64,000 bases of DNA from Stegostoma tigrinum (taxonomy: Eukaryota). Where the stretch lies: NCBI RefSeq assembly GCF_030684315.1, contig NC_081392.1, positions 682,001 to 746,000 of the forward strand. Direction: 5' to 3'. The notes under the pieces were generated by a model. That model worked only from the letters and a program-made list of their open reading frames with translations. It was not told the DNA's origin and made no database searches. Of the stretch, positions 10,512-22,965 are shown one piece after another. Position 1 is the stretch's first letter, and each line of letters starts with the position of its first letter. The translations under genes were made by a program, and so were the position numbers.

Positions 10512-10557
10512 ATGGCAACAGTAAAATAATAATTCATTAATTTGGACCGAAGTGCAT
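10512..10557 (-). pseudogene. Leader exon (two stops) of the D-proximal V pseudogene
   Basis: ATG CAC TTC GGT CCA AAT TAA TGA ATT ATT ATT TTA CTG TTG CCA T|GTAAGT; 46 nt, phase 1 like the other leaders. Confidence 0.7.
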
Positions 10558-11094
10558 TCTATCCCAAGTTCTGTCTCCTGATTTTCTAGTTGACCTATAG
10601 AATATCATCGGGCGATTATGTATTCAGAATATGCTAAGCTGGAAGTAGCTTAAGCAGACCTGTGAATCTGGTCAGTTCCTCTGCTGTGTACTTAAACACT
10701 GACCGAAGCTTCCTAAACCCCACCCTCACCACCGAGATGACTGCATTTAAATCACATGATTACAACCAAAGCACCAATCCAGAGTGTCATTCAGTGCAGA
10801 ACAAGGGAAGTTCTGCGGGACTTGAAATGACAAGTCCTGAGGAAACGCTACATTGTCGGAGGGGGCAGCCGGGAGGTTCTGTGCACCTTTGAAGGACTCA
10901 TACATACAGAGTATGCTGCGGTGTCGGAGGAACAATGCTGCACGAGAAGATCAATACAAAGGGGACAGACAGTAGGAACTGCAGATGCTGGAGAATCTGA
11001 GATAACAAAATGTAGAGCTGGATGAACACAGCAGGTCAAGCAGCATCAGAGGAACAGGAAGGCTGACGTTTCGGGCCAAGACCCAAGCTACAGA

Positions 11095-11805
11095 ACAGAA
11101 GCAGTTATGGGTCCTCATGCAAAAAGCTAGCACTCAAGGTCAGCAGGTAATAAGGGAGGCAAATGGAATGCTGGCCTTTACATCAATGGGAACGTGGTAT
11201 AAAATTATAGAGATTTTGTAAAACTATACAAGGCACTAATCAGACCACAACTGGAACACTGTGAACCGTTTTTGACATTTATCTAAGGAAAGATATACCG
11301 GAACTGGAGGAGGTCCACTCGGTTGATACCAGACATGAAGGGATTGCGAGTAGAGATTTATGGATTAGGCCTAAACTTGTCGGAATTTAGAAGAATGAGA
11401 GGCAATCTTAATGAAACACACAAAACTATCCAGAATTGAATTGATAGAATAGAAGAGGAAAGATTATTTGACCCTGTGGGAAAGTTCAGGACCAGAGGGA
11501 ATAATCTCAGAATATGGGGATGCATATTGAAGGCAGAGATGAGGAGAATTGTTTTGCCTCAGAGAAAAGTGAATCTGTTGAATCTCAACAGTCATTGGAT
11601 TGTTGAGGCTGGGCAATTAAATATATTCAATACTGTGATAGGCAGAATTTTAATTAGCAAAGGAATCAAGGACTGTGGAGAAAATGCAGGAAAGAGGAGT
11701 TGACAATTATCAGATCAGCCATGGCCTCACTGAATGGCAGAGCAGTGTCAATGGGCTGAATGGCCTACTTATGCTCCTACACTTTAGGGTCTTTATGGTC
11801 TATGA
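11095..11805 (+). mobile_element. CR1 LINE 3' fragment
   Basis: ORF 11476-11703 RTRGNNLRI...PQRKVNLLN; typical CR1 3' UTR. Confidence 0.75.
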
Positions 11806-13129
11806 TTGGTGACAACAGACCATCCATCTGCTATGACAGAGTCCATCTACACTCTATCTTATGCAATTTATTTTAAATGAGTCCTTGGGTGTGCCTCTTT
11901 TCCTGTTTCAGGAAAGGTAGAACAAAATTGGAGACTGGAAACCTTTTGCATTTCTATTCTGGCAATGGTGTTCCGATTAATAAATTTGAATATGCCTCGG
12001 CTTAACAATATACTGTACAAGGGAAAGTGTGAATACAGATAATATCAAAGTTGCAGTTGAATGACTCCTTTCAGAATGTGCTACTTTGTATTAGAGCATG
12101 TTTAATAGCCTTGTGATTGTTGGTGCACTCTCCCTTTGATGCATGAGCTGTGGAAAAATCGATGAGCTTTGTTTTCTTTTGATGTTTGAATGCATACAGT
12201 CATTAAAAACAAATACAATTTGAACATCCCATCGTGAGTTGCTTGAGATGGTAGCAGTAAGTGGCTTTCTTCAATACATCTATCACCACTATACTTTTTC
12301 ACCTTTGAGCTATACCTCTTTCGTCAACACATTCTCATAATTATATATTCTCATGTACTTAAGTTTAAAATTCTAGCTTCAGTCTCAAATTTCGCAACCT
12401 CAAACTGAATGTGATATTCTAACATACTACAATCATTCAGTCTTGATTTTTGTTGATGTAAGATCATGAATAAATCCTATCTTATTTCCATATCTGACGA
12501 AGTTTTGACCCAGGTTGGTTCCAGAACATATTGCTCTAACAATCTGTCCCAAATACCTGCTATGAATTCTTCCTACTTTGGGCAGTTCGATTTGCCCAAG
12601 CTATGAAGATTAAAGCCTCCCACTGCTGTTGCAGTACTTTCTCTGTAAGTCCCATTTATCTATTGGTTTTGATTGCATCATCCATTATAGCTCAAATCAA
12701 AGGATCGAAGTAACACTGTCGCTAGTAATGTTTTCCTTGTTTCTTATCTCAAACCAAACATTTTTTACACTTTAATATTCTGAATAAACAAGATTTCCTA
12801 CCGCAGTACTCTCATTATTCTTTATTGGATAATCATCTGACCATCCTGCCTACTTTTTAAAAATACTTCCAATGGTCAAAACTCAGGCATTTGCACTGCC
12901 TGATTATTTCTCTTTGTTTTTTTTACCTTGCATCCATCTCTATTTATTGGATATCATATCGCTGTACCCATCGTGATAAGAATTGTGAACATAATTTAAG
13001 AAAATTCACTTCTAATTATCACCCCTGTTTACTATTTTCATCTACTTAAACCTGATTGAATGTACATTTCAATGCAATCCACATTTCTTTCACGTCCTAG
13101 TTATCAATAACTGTGTTGCTATCCTGTTC

Positions 13130-14295
13130 TTATTCGTTCATATGATGTGGGCATTGTTACCTAAGCCAGTGTTTATTTCCCATCCCTTGATGCCTCGAAG
13201 ATGGAAAACTGTCTTTTTGAATGATTAAAGTCCGTTTGCTGTAGGTAAACCCAAAATGTCATTGAAGAAATGGGGTGGCATGTAAAAGATTTTGACCCGG
13301 GACACTGAACGAGTGGTGATTTATTTTCAAATCACGATGGTGAGTAATTTAGAGGACAACTTGTAAGTGATGGTGTTCCCATATCTCTCCTGTCCTTCTT
13401 CCAGTTAGTAACAGTCATAGATTTGGAAATTGCTGTTTACGGCACTTTGATGAATCTTTATATTGCACACACTGCTGCTGCTGAATGTCAATAGTGAAGA
13501 GATTTTTTTGTGTGTGTTTCTGGTGCCAATCAAGTGAATCACTTTTATACCAAACTTTCTTTATTCTTTACTCATTAATACGATGAGGGCTTTTTTGCAG
13601 GTTCATTCATCCAGACAAATGGGGAGTATTCCATTATAGTCCTGACTCGTGCTTTGTAGTTGGTGGACCAGATTTGCAGAGTCAGGAGGTGAATTACTTG
13701 CGGTAGGATTCCTAGACTCCCAAATCATCTTGTACTCACACTACTCGTGTTTCTAGTCCAGTACAGTTTCTGGCCTTTGGTAAACCCCAGGTTATTGATA
13801 GTGGGGGCTTCAGTGATAGTAAAGTTGTTGAATATCAAGAGGTGATGATTATATTCTCTCTTTTTGGCGATAAACACTGCCCACACTCGTGAGATGCCAT
13901 TGTTACTTGCCACTTGTCAAACCTAAGCAAGGCCTTTCTCCATGTGGTTTTGAATCTGAGGAGTCGGGAATGGTGCTGAGCTTTGTGCAATCATCAACGA
14001 CTATCCTCACTTCTGACTTTATGATGGAAGCAGCAGAAGAAAGCTGGGTGTAGGGCACTACTCCGTGGAACTCCTGCAGAGATGTCAAGGAGCTGAGATT
14101 TCTGACCTCCAACAACCACAATCTTATTCCTGTGTGCAAGGTATGACTACAAACAGTGGAAAGTTTTCAACCTGATTCCCAATGTCTAGACCTTTGCGAG
14201 GTCTCTATGTCGCCACTGTTGGACAAGTGCAGCCTTGATGTCTTGGGCAGTTACTCTCACTTCCCCTGTGGAAATCTGAGCTTTTGTTAATGCAC
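13130..14295 (-). mobile_element. Decayed CR1/L2-type LINE 3' part
   Basis: RT-like fragments (RIVVDDCT; FNNFTITEAPTINNLG), homologous to the element at 61530-64000. Confidence 0.6.
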
Positions 14296-16489
14296 TATTT
14301 TGCTGCTCCTTCTTCTTAATCTTCACTGATGTGAGCACCTTTCTCTACCACATCCCTCCACCCTGTTATTTGGCTTACAATTCTCTTTGAAGATCTCGTT
14401 ATTCCATTCACTGGGACACCGATTGTGTCTGTTTAAGATCAAGGTTGCTCAAACTACAACTCTCTCTTTTACCTTGGCATTCAACACAATTACAGAATTT
14501 GCCACAATCAGCATTCAGTGGGTGACATTGACAGGAAACATAACTAGGTCAAAACAAAATACTGTCGCTGGCAAAACAGATCTGAAGTTAGAAATCCTAT
14601 GCAAATAACTGGCATCTGGATTCCACAAAGGCTGCTGACCATTTAAAAGCACTGGATAGGCATGCAATAGGATGTTCTCAACCTTCCTTGAGAGTTTAGT
14701 TCCTGTAACAGTTAAAAATCTGACACCATTAAAGACCAAGAAACCAGCTTTGTTGGCATCCCAAACACCATCTTCAACATTTATTCCTCCTAACAATGAT
14801 GCACATTGGCTGCAGATTTCGATAAGGTGCACTTTAGGGAATTATTAAGTCTCCTTGTGCAGCATCTTCCAAGCTGGCAATCTCAACAAACTCCAATTGA
14901 ACATGGACAACATTTTAATGGAAATGCAAACCTGAAAGGTCCTGTCCAAGCTACTCACCATTCTTACTTGGAACTATAATGCCATTCTTTCACTGTGACT
15001 AGTTCAAAGCATTGGAAACTCAGCATGGTGCCCCTTTGCTACATGGACTATAGAATTTCAAGAAAATGGTTAACCTTTAACTACTCAAAGACAATTAGTT
15101 ATGGGCAATAAATGTTAGCCTAACTAGTGATGCCCTTGAGCAGGACATAAATGAAAGGTTTTGTCAGGAACCGGGACTAACAAATGTGGAAGAGAGAGTT
15201 ATATTATTTTATTTTGTGACAATTGACAATGGTTTCATGGTCATGATTATTGAGGCAAGATTTCCATTCCATAATTCTTAATTCAATCAAAGTCTCACCA
15301 GCTGCTATGGCAGAATTTGAAGAATAATGCATCAGCATTTTCCAAAGTGTGCAATTCTTTTCCCAAATTATTGTTTCTAAAATTTATCATATAACTGATG
15401 TTAATGAGCTTGTAGTTCACGGATTTATCTTTGCACTTTTTGCATAAAGGCTGTAACATTTACAGTCATCCCACCCTCAACCATTTCTCTAACTTTGGTT
15501 CCAAAATAATGGCCAGTGTCTCCGGAATATGCAGACTCTCTGCTGGTTCCGGAGCCACGAGTCAACACAAGCACATATCAAAACATCTGAAGAAGCATCA
15601 CTGGGCTGAAAAGGCTAACTCTGTTTTCCTTTCACATATGCTCCTGAACTGTTGACTTGCTCAAGCAATTTCTGTGTTTGTTTGTTCCAGATTTGCAGTA
15701 TCTGCCGTATTCTGTTTTATGTTACCATACCAAACTCTCCTTTTGTCTAATTCTAAATCCTCAAAATATTTGAAATATCTCAGTTTTCTACTATGACGTG
15801 GGCAGTATCTTCTTCTTAAGTAAAGACTGATGCAAACTATTCACTCAATACGTCTGTCATATTCTCCCTCACGATGCACAAATCACATTTTTCCTCTTAC
15901 CACCCTTTCACCACAAAGTTTACATATGTATAGAAAATGCTTAGATTTCCTTAGTAACTTATCAAATCTACTATTCTTTATTCCCTTCTCTTATGTATTT
16001 TGTTTTACAATTCCATTCTGAACCTTTTAATGCCATGTTCAGTCAAGCACCTCGCTCCCGTCAGTGTCCCAGGTGATGCTCTGATTCACACTATAGAATG
16101 ATAAGTTCAAAAGCTTACCTTGTTGATAGGATAGAGAAACCTTGCAGCGGCAAAATAAAGCCCCTCATCAGCTGGCATTAAACATCCAACAAACAAGTTC
16201 AATTTAACCTCCTTCTATTTTTGATATTTAATTTTTATAATCAGAAATTATCCAATTACATCCCATTACCAGGCATTGAGATCCAGGTCCTAAACTCCAC
16301 CTGCCTAAAACAAAAAAAAGTCCCCTTGCGCCATCGTTATAGTATTACTAATATGCTTAGATTAGTGCCAACTGATTCTCAACCCTCCCACTAATAGGAA
16401 GAATCATTATCTGCCTTCTCTATTCCAACTCTATTTGATTTTGTAGAGGTCAATCAATGATCATCTCAATCTTCTCTTCTCCAAGACTA

Positions 16490-16975
16490 GCACAGAAATG
16501 GGAGTAAGCCATTTAACCCCTCGAGCCAGCTCCACCATTCAATAAGATAATGTCTGATCTGCGGCCCAACTCTGTATGCATGCCTTTGGCCCATATCTAT
16601 TGATACCCTGGCTTAAGAAAGTCTATCTCCACCGTTTAAGGAAGAGAGGTCTAAGCCTCCACTACTCTTTGCATATGGAAGTATTTTCTAACATCTCTCC
16701 TGAATGACTTGGGCTTACCTCTTAAACTATGTCCTCTAGTTATAGAATCTTCAACAAGTTTATACTTATCTATCCTGTCTTTCCTTGTCAATATCCTGAA
16801 AACCTCAATTAGGTCTCCCCGTTAACCTTCTAAATTCTACAGAATAAAGGCTTAAATTGTTCAATCTTCCTTCATAACTTAACCACTGAAGGCAAGGTAT
16901 CATCCTTAAAAGCCTGTGCTGAACTCCCTCCATGCCCAAAACATCCTTCCTAAGGCATGGCATGCAGATCAGCTC
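16490..16975 (-). mobile_element. CR1 LINE 3' fragment
   Basis: ORF 16805-17053 PCLRKDVLGMEGVQHRLLRMIP...LSYEGRL. Confidence 0.75.
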
Positions 16976-17369
16976 CAGCTTCTGCAATCTATCCACACAC
17001 CTGATGTCTTCTGTCCCCAGAAATATTCTCCATAGCTGTATTGTTTCAGACACAATTTTCAGTGATTAATGCCATCGACCCCCATACTCTCCCCACCCCA
17101 AACACATGCATATACCTCTAAGGTGTAGTGCTGTGGCCAGAACTGGGCATGGTATCTAGGTAAGGCTGGAACATTGCTTTTTAAGTGTTTGTTATAAAGT
17201 CCTGGCTTTTGTACTTTTGACATGTGTTTGTAACAAAGATGATTCCTTATATTTTATTAACTATTTCTCAATCTGTCTTGCCAATTGTATGTCATGTGCT
17301 CTGTTTTAAATAATGGAAGAGGCATAGTCTAACTGCATATATACTTGTTACATAACAAAACATGTAACA

Positions 17370-17910
17370 TTGTGTGAAGTTTTGGGCCTCATATCTCAGG
17401 AAGGATGTACTGGCCCTGGAGCGGGTTCAGAGGAGTTTCACGAGAATGATCCCAGGAATGAAATTTTAACATACGAGGAACATTTCAGGACTCTGGAACT
17501 ACACTCATTGAAGTTTAGAAGGATGAGGGATCTAATCGAAACTTACAGAATACTGAATGGCCTGGAGAAAGTGGATGTTGGGAAGATGCTTCCATTGGTT
17601 GGAGAGACGAGAACCAAAGGGTACAGCCTTAGAGTAAAGGGAAGATCTTTTGGAATGGAGATAAGGAGAAACTTCTTCAGCCAGAGAGTGGTCAAACTAT
17701 GGAATTCACTGCCACAGAAGGCTGTGGAGACCAGGTCATTGAATACATTTAAGACTGAGATATATAGATTCTTGATTATCAAGGAGATCAAGGGTTATGA
17801 GGAGAAAACAGGAGAATAGGGTTGAGGAACTTATCAGTCATGATTGACTGGCAGAGCTGACTTGATGGGCTGTATGGCCTAATTTCTGCTCCTGTGTCTT
17901 ATGGTCTTTT
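17370..17910 (+). mobile_element. CR1 LINE 3' fragment
   Basis: ORF 17370-17819 DLIETYRILNG...RTKGYSLRV...FFSQRVVKLWNSLP. Confidence 0.85.
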
Positions 17911-18343
17911 AACATATCACGTAACATCAGTCAGCGTTTCCCTCTCTATGCACAAATACCACAACTCCTCTGCTCCCATACGCCTTATAGAACTGCATTC
18001 TTTATTTAGATTGTCTGTCCCCATTCTTCAGAAAAATTGTATTTCATAAATCTTCGTATTTCCTCATACCTAATAAAGTTGTTTGTAACGCTTGACCAGG
18101 TGCCGGTTTTTTTTGGGAGGTGGGAGTGGGAAATGTTGTGCTACACAGGACGGTGCATTCACTCCTCACTGCATGCCATTCTACGATTATGGCTTCCACC
18201 TGGCCCGCTTTCTATCAGTCTTCCAAACCGTTCATTGTTGTGTAGATGGACGATCTCGGTGTAGACGTTTACATGCAAACACGTGAAGGAAAGTCGGAAA
18301 TTGACATCGAAAAGAGACAAACGGAAACGATAGCTCTTGAAAT

Positions 18344-18382
18344 GGTTATTGTCGTGCTGCATAACAGGTTTGAAATACTATG
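18344..18382 (-). promoter_or_regulatory. 23-RSS with CATAGTA heptamer
   Basis: Minus strand: CATAGTA (18376-18382), 23 bp, ACAATAACC (18344-18352). Confidence 0.85.
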
Positions 18383-18684
18383 ATCACTTGCAGCGCAGAA
18401 ATAGATCGCCGTATCACTCTGGTCTAAAGTGAGAATTTTTAGAATGGACGTTTTCGGATTGCGTCTCACCACATCGAATCGCGTCTCGAATCCTGCCTCG
18501 AAGGTCGGTTTATTCCCAGATACGTCGATCACCACAAGATGCAGGCCCTGTCCAGTATACTGCCGGTACCAGAGCATTGTAATGGAATCAGTGTCTTCCT
18601 GTTGACAGGTTAGCGCTGCGGTATCCCCTCGGCCCACAGTTAACACTCTGGGAATCTGCGACACTGAAACACATGCACAGCAGT
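18383..18684 (-). CDS. TRBV: TCR beta V exon, intact ORF (non-canonical RSS heptamer)
   Basis: cttcag acceptor; VSQIPRVLTVGRGDTAALTC...MLWYRQYTGQGL...RFDVVR...LKILTLDQSDTAIYFCAASD. Confidence 0.93.
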
Positions 18685-19081
18685 CTGAAGTGGAAAACAA
18701 GATACAGGATTCCGTTAATGTAGCGACAGTAGTGAAACGGGTGAAGAACGAGGGCTTCTAATAAAAATGATCTTAACAAATCATACGGTACACAAAGGAA
18801 GTCATTTCGCCAAGAGTTTGTTCCAGCTTTTTGCATGAGCTATCCAATAAGTTCCAATAAAATGTCCTCCTATAGATACCATGTTAACTAATGGAAGAGA
18901 CATTATCTAATAAACATATACACGTTGAATAAAGAAATATTGGTGTAACATAATCCAACACTTTGCTTCGAAAAAGAGTGATAAAAGTCAAGAAAACAAG
19001 GGGAAAATGTTACATCGATCATTGATCGTATAGAACTGAACTTTGTTTCAATACGAGAACAATGGTTTAAAGTTAGCTTAC

Positions 19082-19127
19082 GAAACATCAGCAATGGAAA
19101 GACGAAGAGCAGGAGATTCATCTGCAT
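19082..19127 (-). CDS. TRBV: Leader exon of the V at 18383-18684 (MQMNLLLFVFPLLMF)
   Basis: Hydrophobic signal peptide, 46 nt, C|GTAAG donor, in phase with the V exon. CRE-like TGACGCCA upstream (19234-19241). Confidence 0.88.
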
Positions 19128-20529
19128 CTTTCTAGGGAATCTAATTCATGGTCCAACAGGAGAAGAGACACAAAAAAACAAATGGGGTCTATTGTTAAGG
19201 CATCTGTGAAAGCTGCAACGCCCCAACTGGAAATGGCGTCACGGATGTGACGAGACTTCCTGACGAAAAGCTGTGTACGGATGTGAATTAATGTGATGTC
19301 GAGTTAGCTCAATGCTCCAACTTCTATTACCTTAGGATGAGCGGCTTTCTGAGAGGGAAGAATATTTACTATTTCAGATCGGCCTTCGATTTGAGGCATT
19401 AACTGAATTTCTCTCTCCCTTGAATTGGGAACACCTATTAAGCACTTTCAGTACTTTTGGAGTTAATTTCAGATCCTTACTGCTTTTGGCTTTTATCTTT
19501 GCGGATAATTTCCTTTCTTCTAACTGCCATCTGTGGGGAATTAGTGAAAGCGCATATCTGCGAATCAATGCGTTCAGTAAAGTCCGGTAAGTTTCCGAAT
19601 GTATTTGCCCGATACAGGACAATGAGAAAATTACCAAATAAAAATACTGCCCAAGTGAAAAATCCCACTGATAGCCAATAAATAAATGATTGGATATCTT
19701 CACAGTGTTGAAGAATGAGTTGAATGGGAAATTGCTTGAAATGGAGATATCATTACTATCTGATATGTTGACAGCGTGATTTGTAGGTGGAACTAACAAA
19801 GGCTGGCAGAGAAAGGTTGTGCGGAATTGCATTGACCCTGCTGTAAATTCTGTGCTGTTCCATGTGATCTGAATGGGTTCAAGTGTATTACGTTTTACCA
19901 AAAATGAGAAATTTGAGTTTGATATGTTTAATTTGACTGCAAAGATAATACATATGGAAAGCAGAATATTTTCCTAAACTGTGTTCAAAGGCTTTTGGGA
20001 GCCCTTGCACAGGAGTCACCTCATGGTGCCATTCTGGTACAGGGTAAAAGAAAACAAAAAGATAACAAAATTGTTTTTATTTACTACGTTTGAGATGTTA
20101 GAATATGAATTCATGACGCAAAAATACAACGTTTTTGAGAAATAACATATGGTTAGGGTTAAAGTATTCTTGCCAAAGGAAAATCTTATTTGCTTTAGAA
20201 GCATTATGACAGCACGAATGATCTCTGGAATGAGAAGCTTGACCTGCAACGAAGGATTTTATAAAATTTTGCTCCCTCATACTGATAATGGAGAATAATG
20301 AGAGATAGCTTCCTACTGAGAGGTGAACACCAAGAGGATGAGTTTTACTGGGTGCAAAGTAGAAAAGCTGTCATCTTTACTTGGTCTGGCCTATTGGTGA
20401 CTCTAAACCCTCAGCACTGGCTCATTCTAAACTGCCATCTGACAAGACATCCAGTTCCAGAAAAATTAGGGAATCTCAATATATTCTGTTGCCAGTGATG
20501 CCTATATTCTGTTCATCATTTAAAGAAAT

Positions 20530-22965
20530 GATTTGCGTGTGAACATAAGAGTTACGTTTAGTACGTTTGCAAATGATATCAAAATTGGAAGTAAGATAGA
20601 CAGCAAGGAAGGTTACCTCACAGTACAACGGGATCTTGGTCAGATGTGGCATTGGGCCGAGGAGTGGCAGGTAGAGTTTAATTTAGGTAAATGTGAAGTG
20701 TTGCATTTTGGAAAGGCAAATCAGGGCAGGACTTACACCCTTAGTGTTAAGAAGTGTTGCTGAACAAATTGCAGGCTTATAGTTTCTTGAAAGTGGACTT
20801 GCTGGTAGATAGAATAGTGAAGGAGGCGTTTGGTTTGCTTGCCTTTATTAATCAGTATATTTCGCATAGAAGTTAGGAGGTCATGTTATAGCTGTACTGG
20901 ATATTGGAATACTGCGTGCAGTTCTGGTCTCCCTGCTTTTGGAAAGATGTTAGAGCCGTAGAGACACCATTAAGCGTAAGTGTCCTGCGCTGATTTGCCT
21001 TTCCAAAATGCACCACCTCACATTTAGCTAAATTAAATTCCTTCTACGACTCCTCAGCCCATTGTCTCATCTGATCGAGATCCCATTGTACTCTGAGGTA
21101 AGTTTCTTGGCTGTCCATTATGCTTTCAATTTTGGCTTCAGCTGCAAACGTGCCACCAATACCTCCTATGTTCATATCCAAATCATTTATTTAAATGACA
21201 AAAACCAGTGGACCCAGCACTGATCCTTGTGGCATACCATTGGTCACTGGCATCTAGTCTTAAAAGCAACCCCCAACACCATCTTCTACCTTCTATATTT
21301 GTGCCAGTTCTGTATCCAAATAGCAAGTTCCCTCGGTATTCTGTGTAATATAATCTTTTGAACCAATATTCCATGAGGAGCGTTGTCTAACAACTTCCTG
21401 AAGTCTACATTGATCATATCCACTGCTGTTCCCTCACCAATCGTCTTTATTATTTCTTCAAAAACCTCAATCAAGTTAGCAAGCCACGATTTCCCATGCG
21501 CAGTCATGTTGACTATCCCTAGTCAATCCTTGCCTTTCCAAATACATGTAAATCCTGTCCCTCAGGATTACTTCCAACAACTTCCCCACCGCCAATGTCA
21601 GGCTCACCTGTCTATAGTTCTCAGGCTTTTCCTTACCACTCTCTTAAACAATGGCACCACGTAAGCTAATCTCTAGTGTTTTGGCACCAAACCTGTGCCT
21701 ATCAATGATACAAATATCTCAGCAAGGTGCCCAGCAATCTCTTCCCTCGCTTCCCACAGAGTTCTAAGGTACGCCTGATCAGGTCCTGGGGATTTATCCA
21801 CCTTTATGAGTTTTAAAACGTTCAGTACTTCCTCTTCTGTTATATGGACAGTTTTTCTCGATGTCACTGTTTATTTCCCCTAATTCTCTATCTTCCATAT
21901 ATTTCTCCGCAGTAAACACTGATGCAAAATACTCGTTTAGTATCTCCCCCATTTCCTACAGTTCCACATATAGGTGGGCTTGCTGATCTATTCTTTCGCT
22001 AGTTTGTTTTTGTCATCAGTGCACTTGTGGAATCCCTTTGGATTTTCCTTCACCCAATTTCCAAAAGTTATTTCATGTCCTTTTCTCCCCTCCAGAATTC
22101 CTTCTTACGTATATTCCTAATGCCTTTATACTCTTTCAGGAATTCACTCGATCCCTGCTGTCTACACCTGACATATGCTTCCTCTTTCTCTTGACCAAAA
22201 CCTCAATTTCTCTGGTCATCCAGCATTCCCGATAACTACCAGCCTTGCCCTTCACCCTAACAGGAACATACTGTTTCTGGACTCTCGTCATCTCATTTGA
22301 AAGCTTCCAATTTTCCAACCGTCCGTTTACATGCAAAAATCCACCTCCAATCATCTTTTGAAAGTTCTTGCCTAATGCCGTCAAAGTCGTCTTCCTCCAA
22401 TTTAGAATTTTAACTTTTTGATCTGGTCTATCTTTTTCCAACACTATGTTAAAATCTAATCCATCTTGTGAATCTTGAAAGGGTTCAGAAAAGATTTACA
22501 ACGATATTGCCAAGGTAAGAGGCTTTGAGCTACAGGGAAAGTCTGAATAGATTGAGGCTACTTTTCCTGGAGAGCGTCGGAGGCTGAAGGGTGTCCACAT
22601 CGAGGTTTATAAAATCTTGAAGGGTATGGATATGGTAAATAGACAAGGTCTTTTCCCCTGGATGGAGGAGTCCAAAATTAGAGGGCGTATATTTAAGGTA
22701 AAAGGGAAAATTTTAAAAGGGAACTAAGCAACCCAGGTCTTCACTTGGGGGGGAGGAGGTGTAAGTGCGTGCATGGAATGAGCTGCCAGATGAAGTAGTG
22801 CAGGCTGGTACAATTACAACATTTAAAATGCATCTGGATAGGTAAATAGGTTAGAGAGATATGGGTCAAATGCTGGTAAATGGGGCTAGAGTTATTTCGA
22901 ATAGCTGGTGATGTGGACCGAAGTTGGACCGAAGGGTCTGTTTCCGTGCTGTACATCCCTATGAG
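20530..22965. mobile_element. Composite CR1 LINE: + strand 3' part split by an inverted ORF2 segment (about 20975-22460)
   Basis: + ORF FANDIKIG...WQVEFNLGKC; - ORFs DKSPGPD, KVKILNWRK; the + element resumes at about 22468. Confidence 0.8.

Noticed and set aside
19374-19901. 175-aa ORF on minus upstream of a V promoter
   Set aside because: No recognisable motif and no ATG/Kozak support; probably chance.
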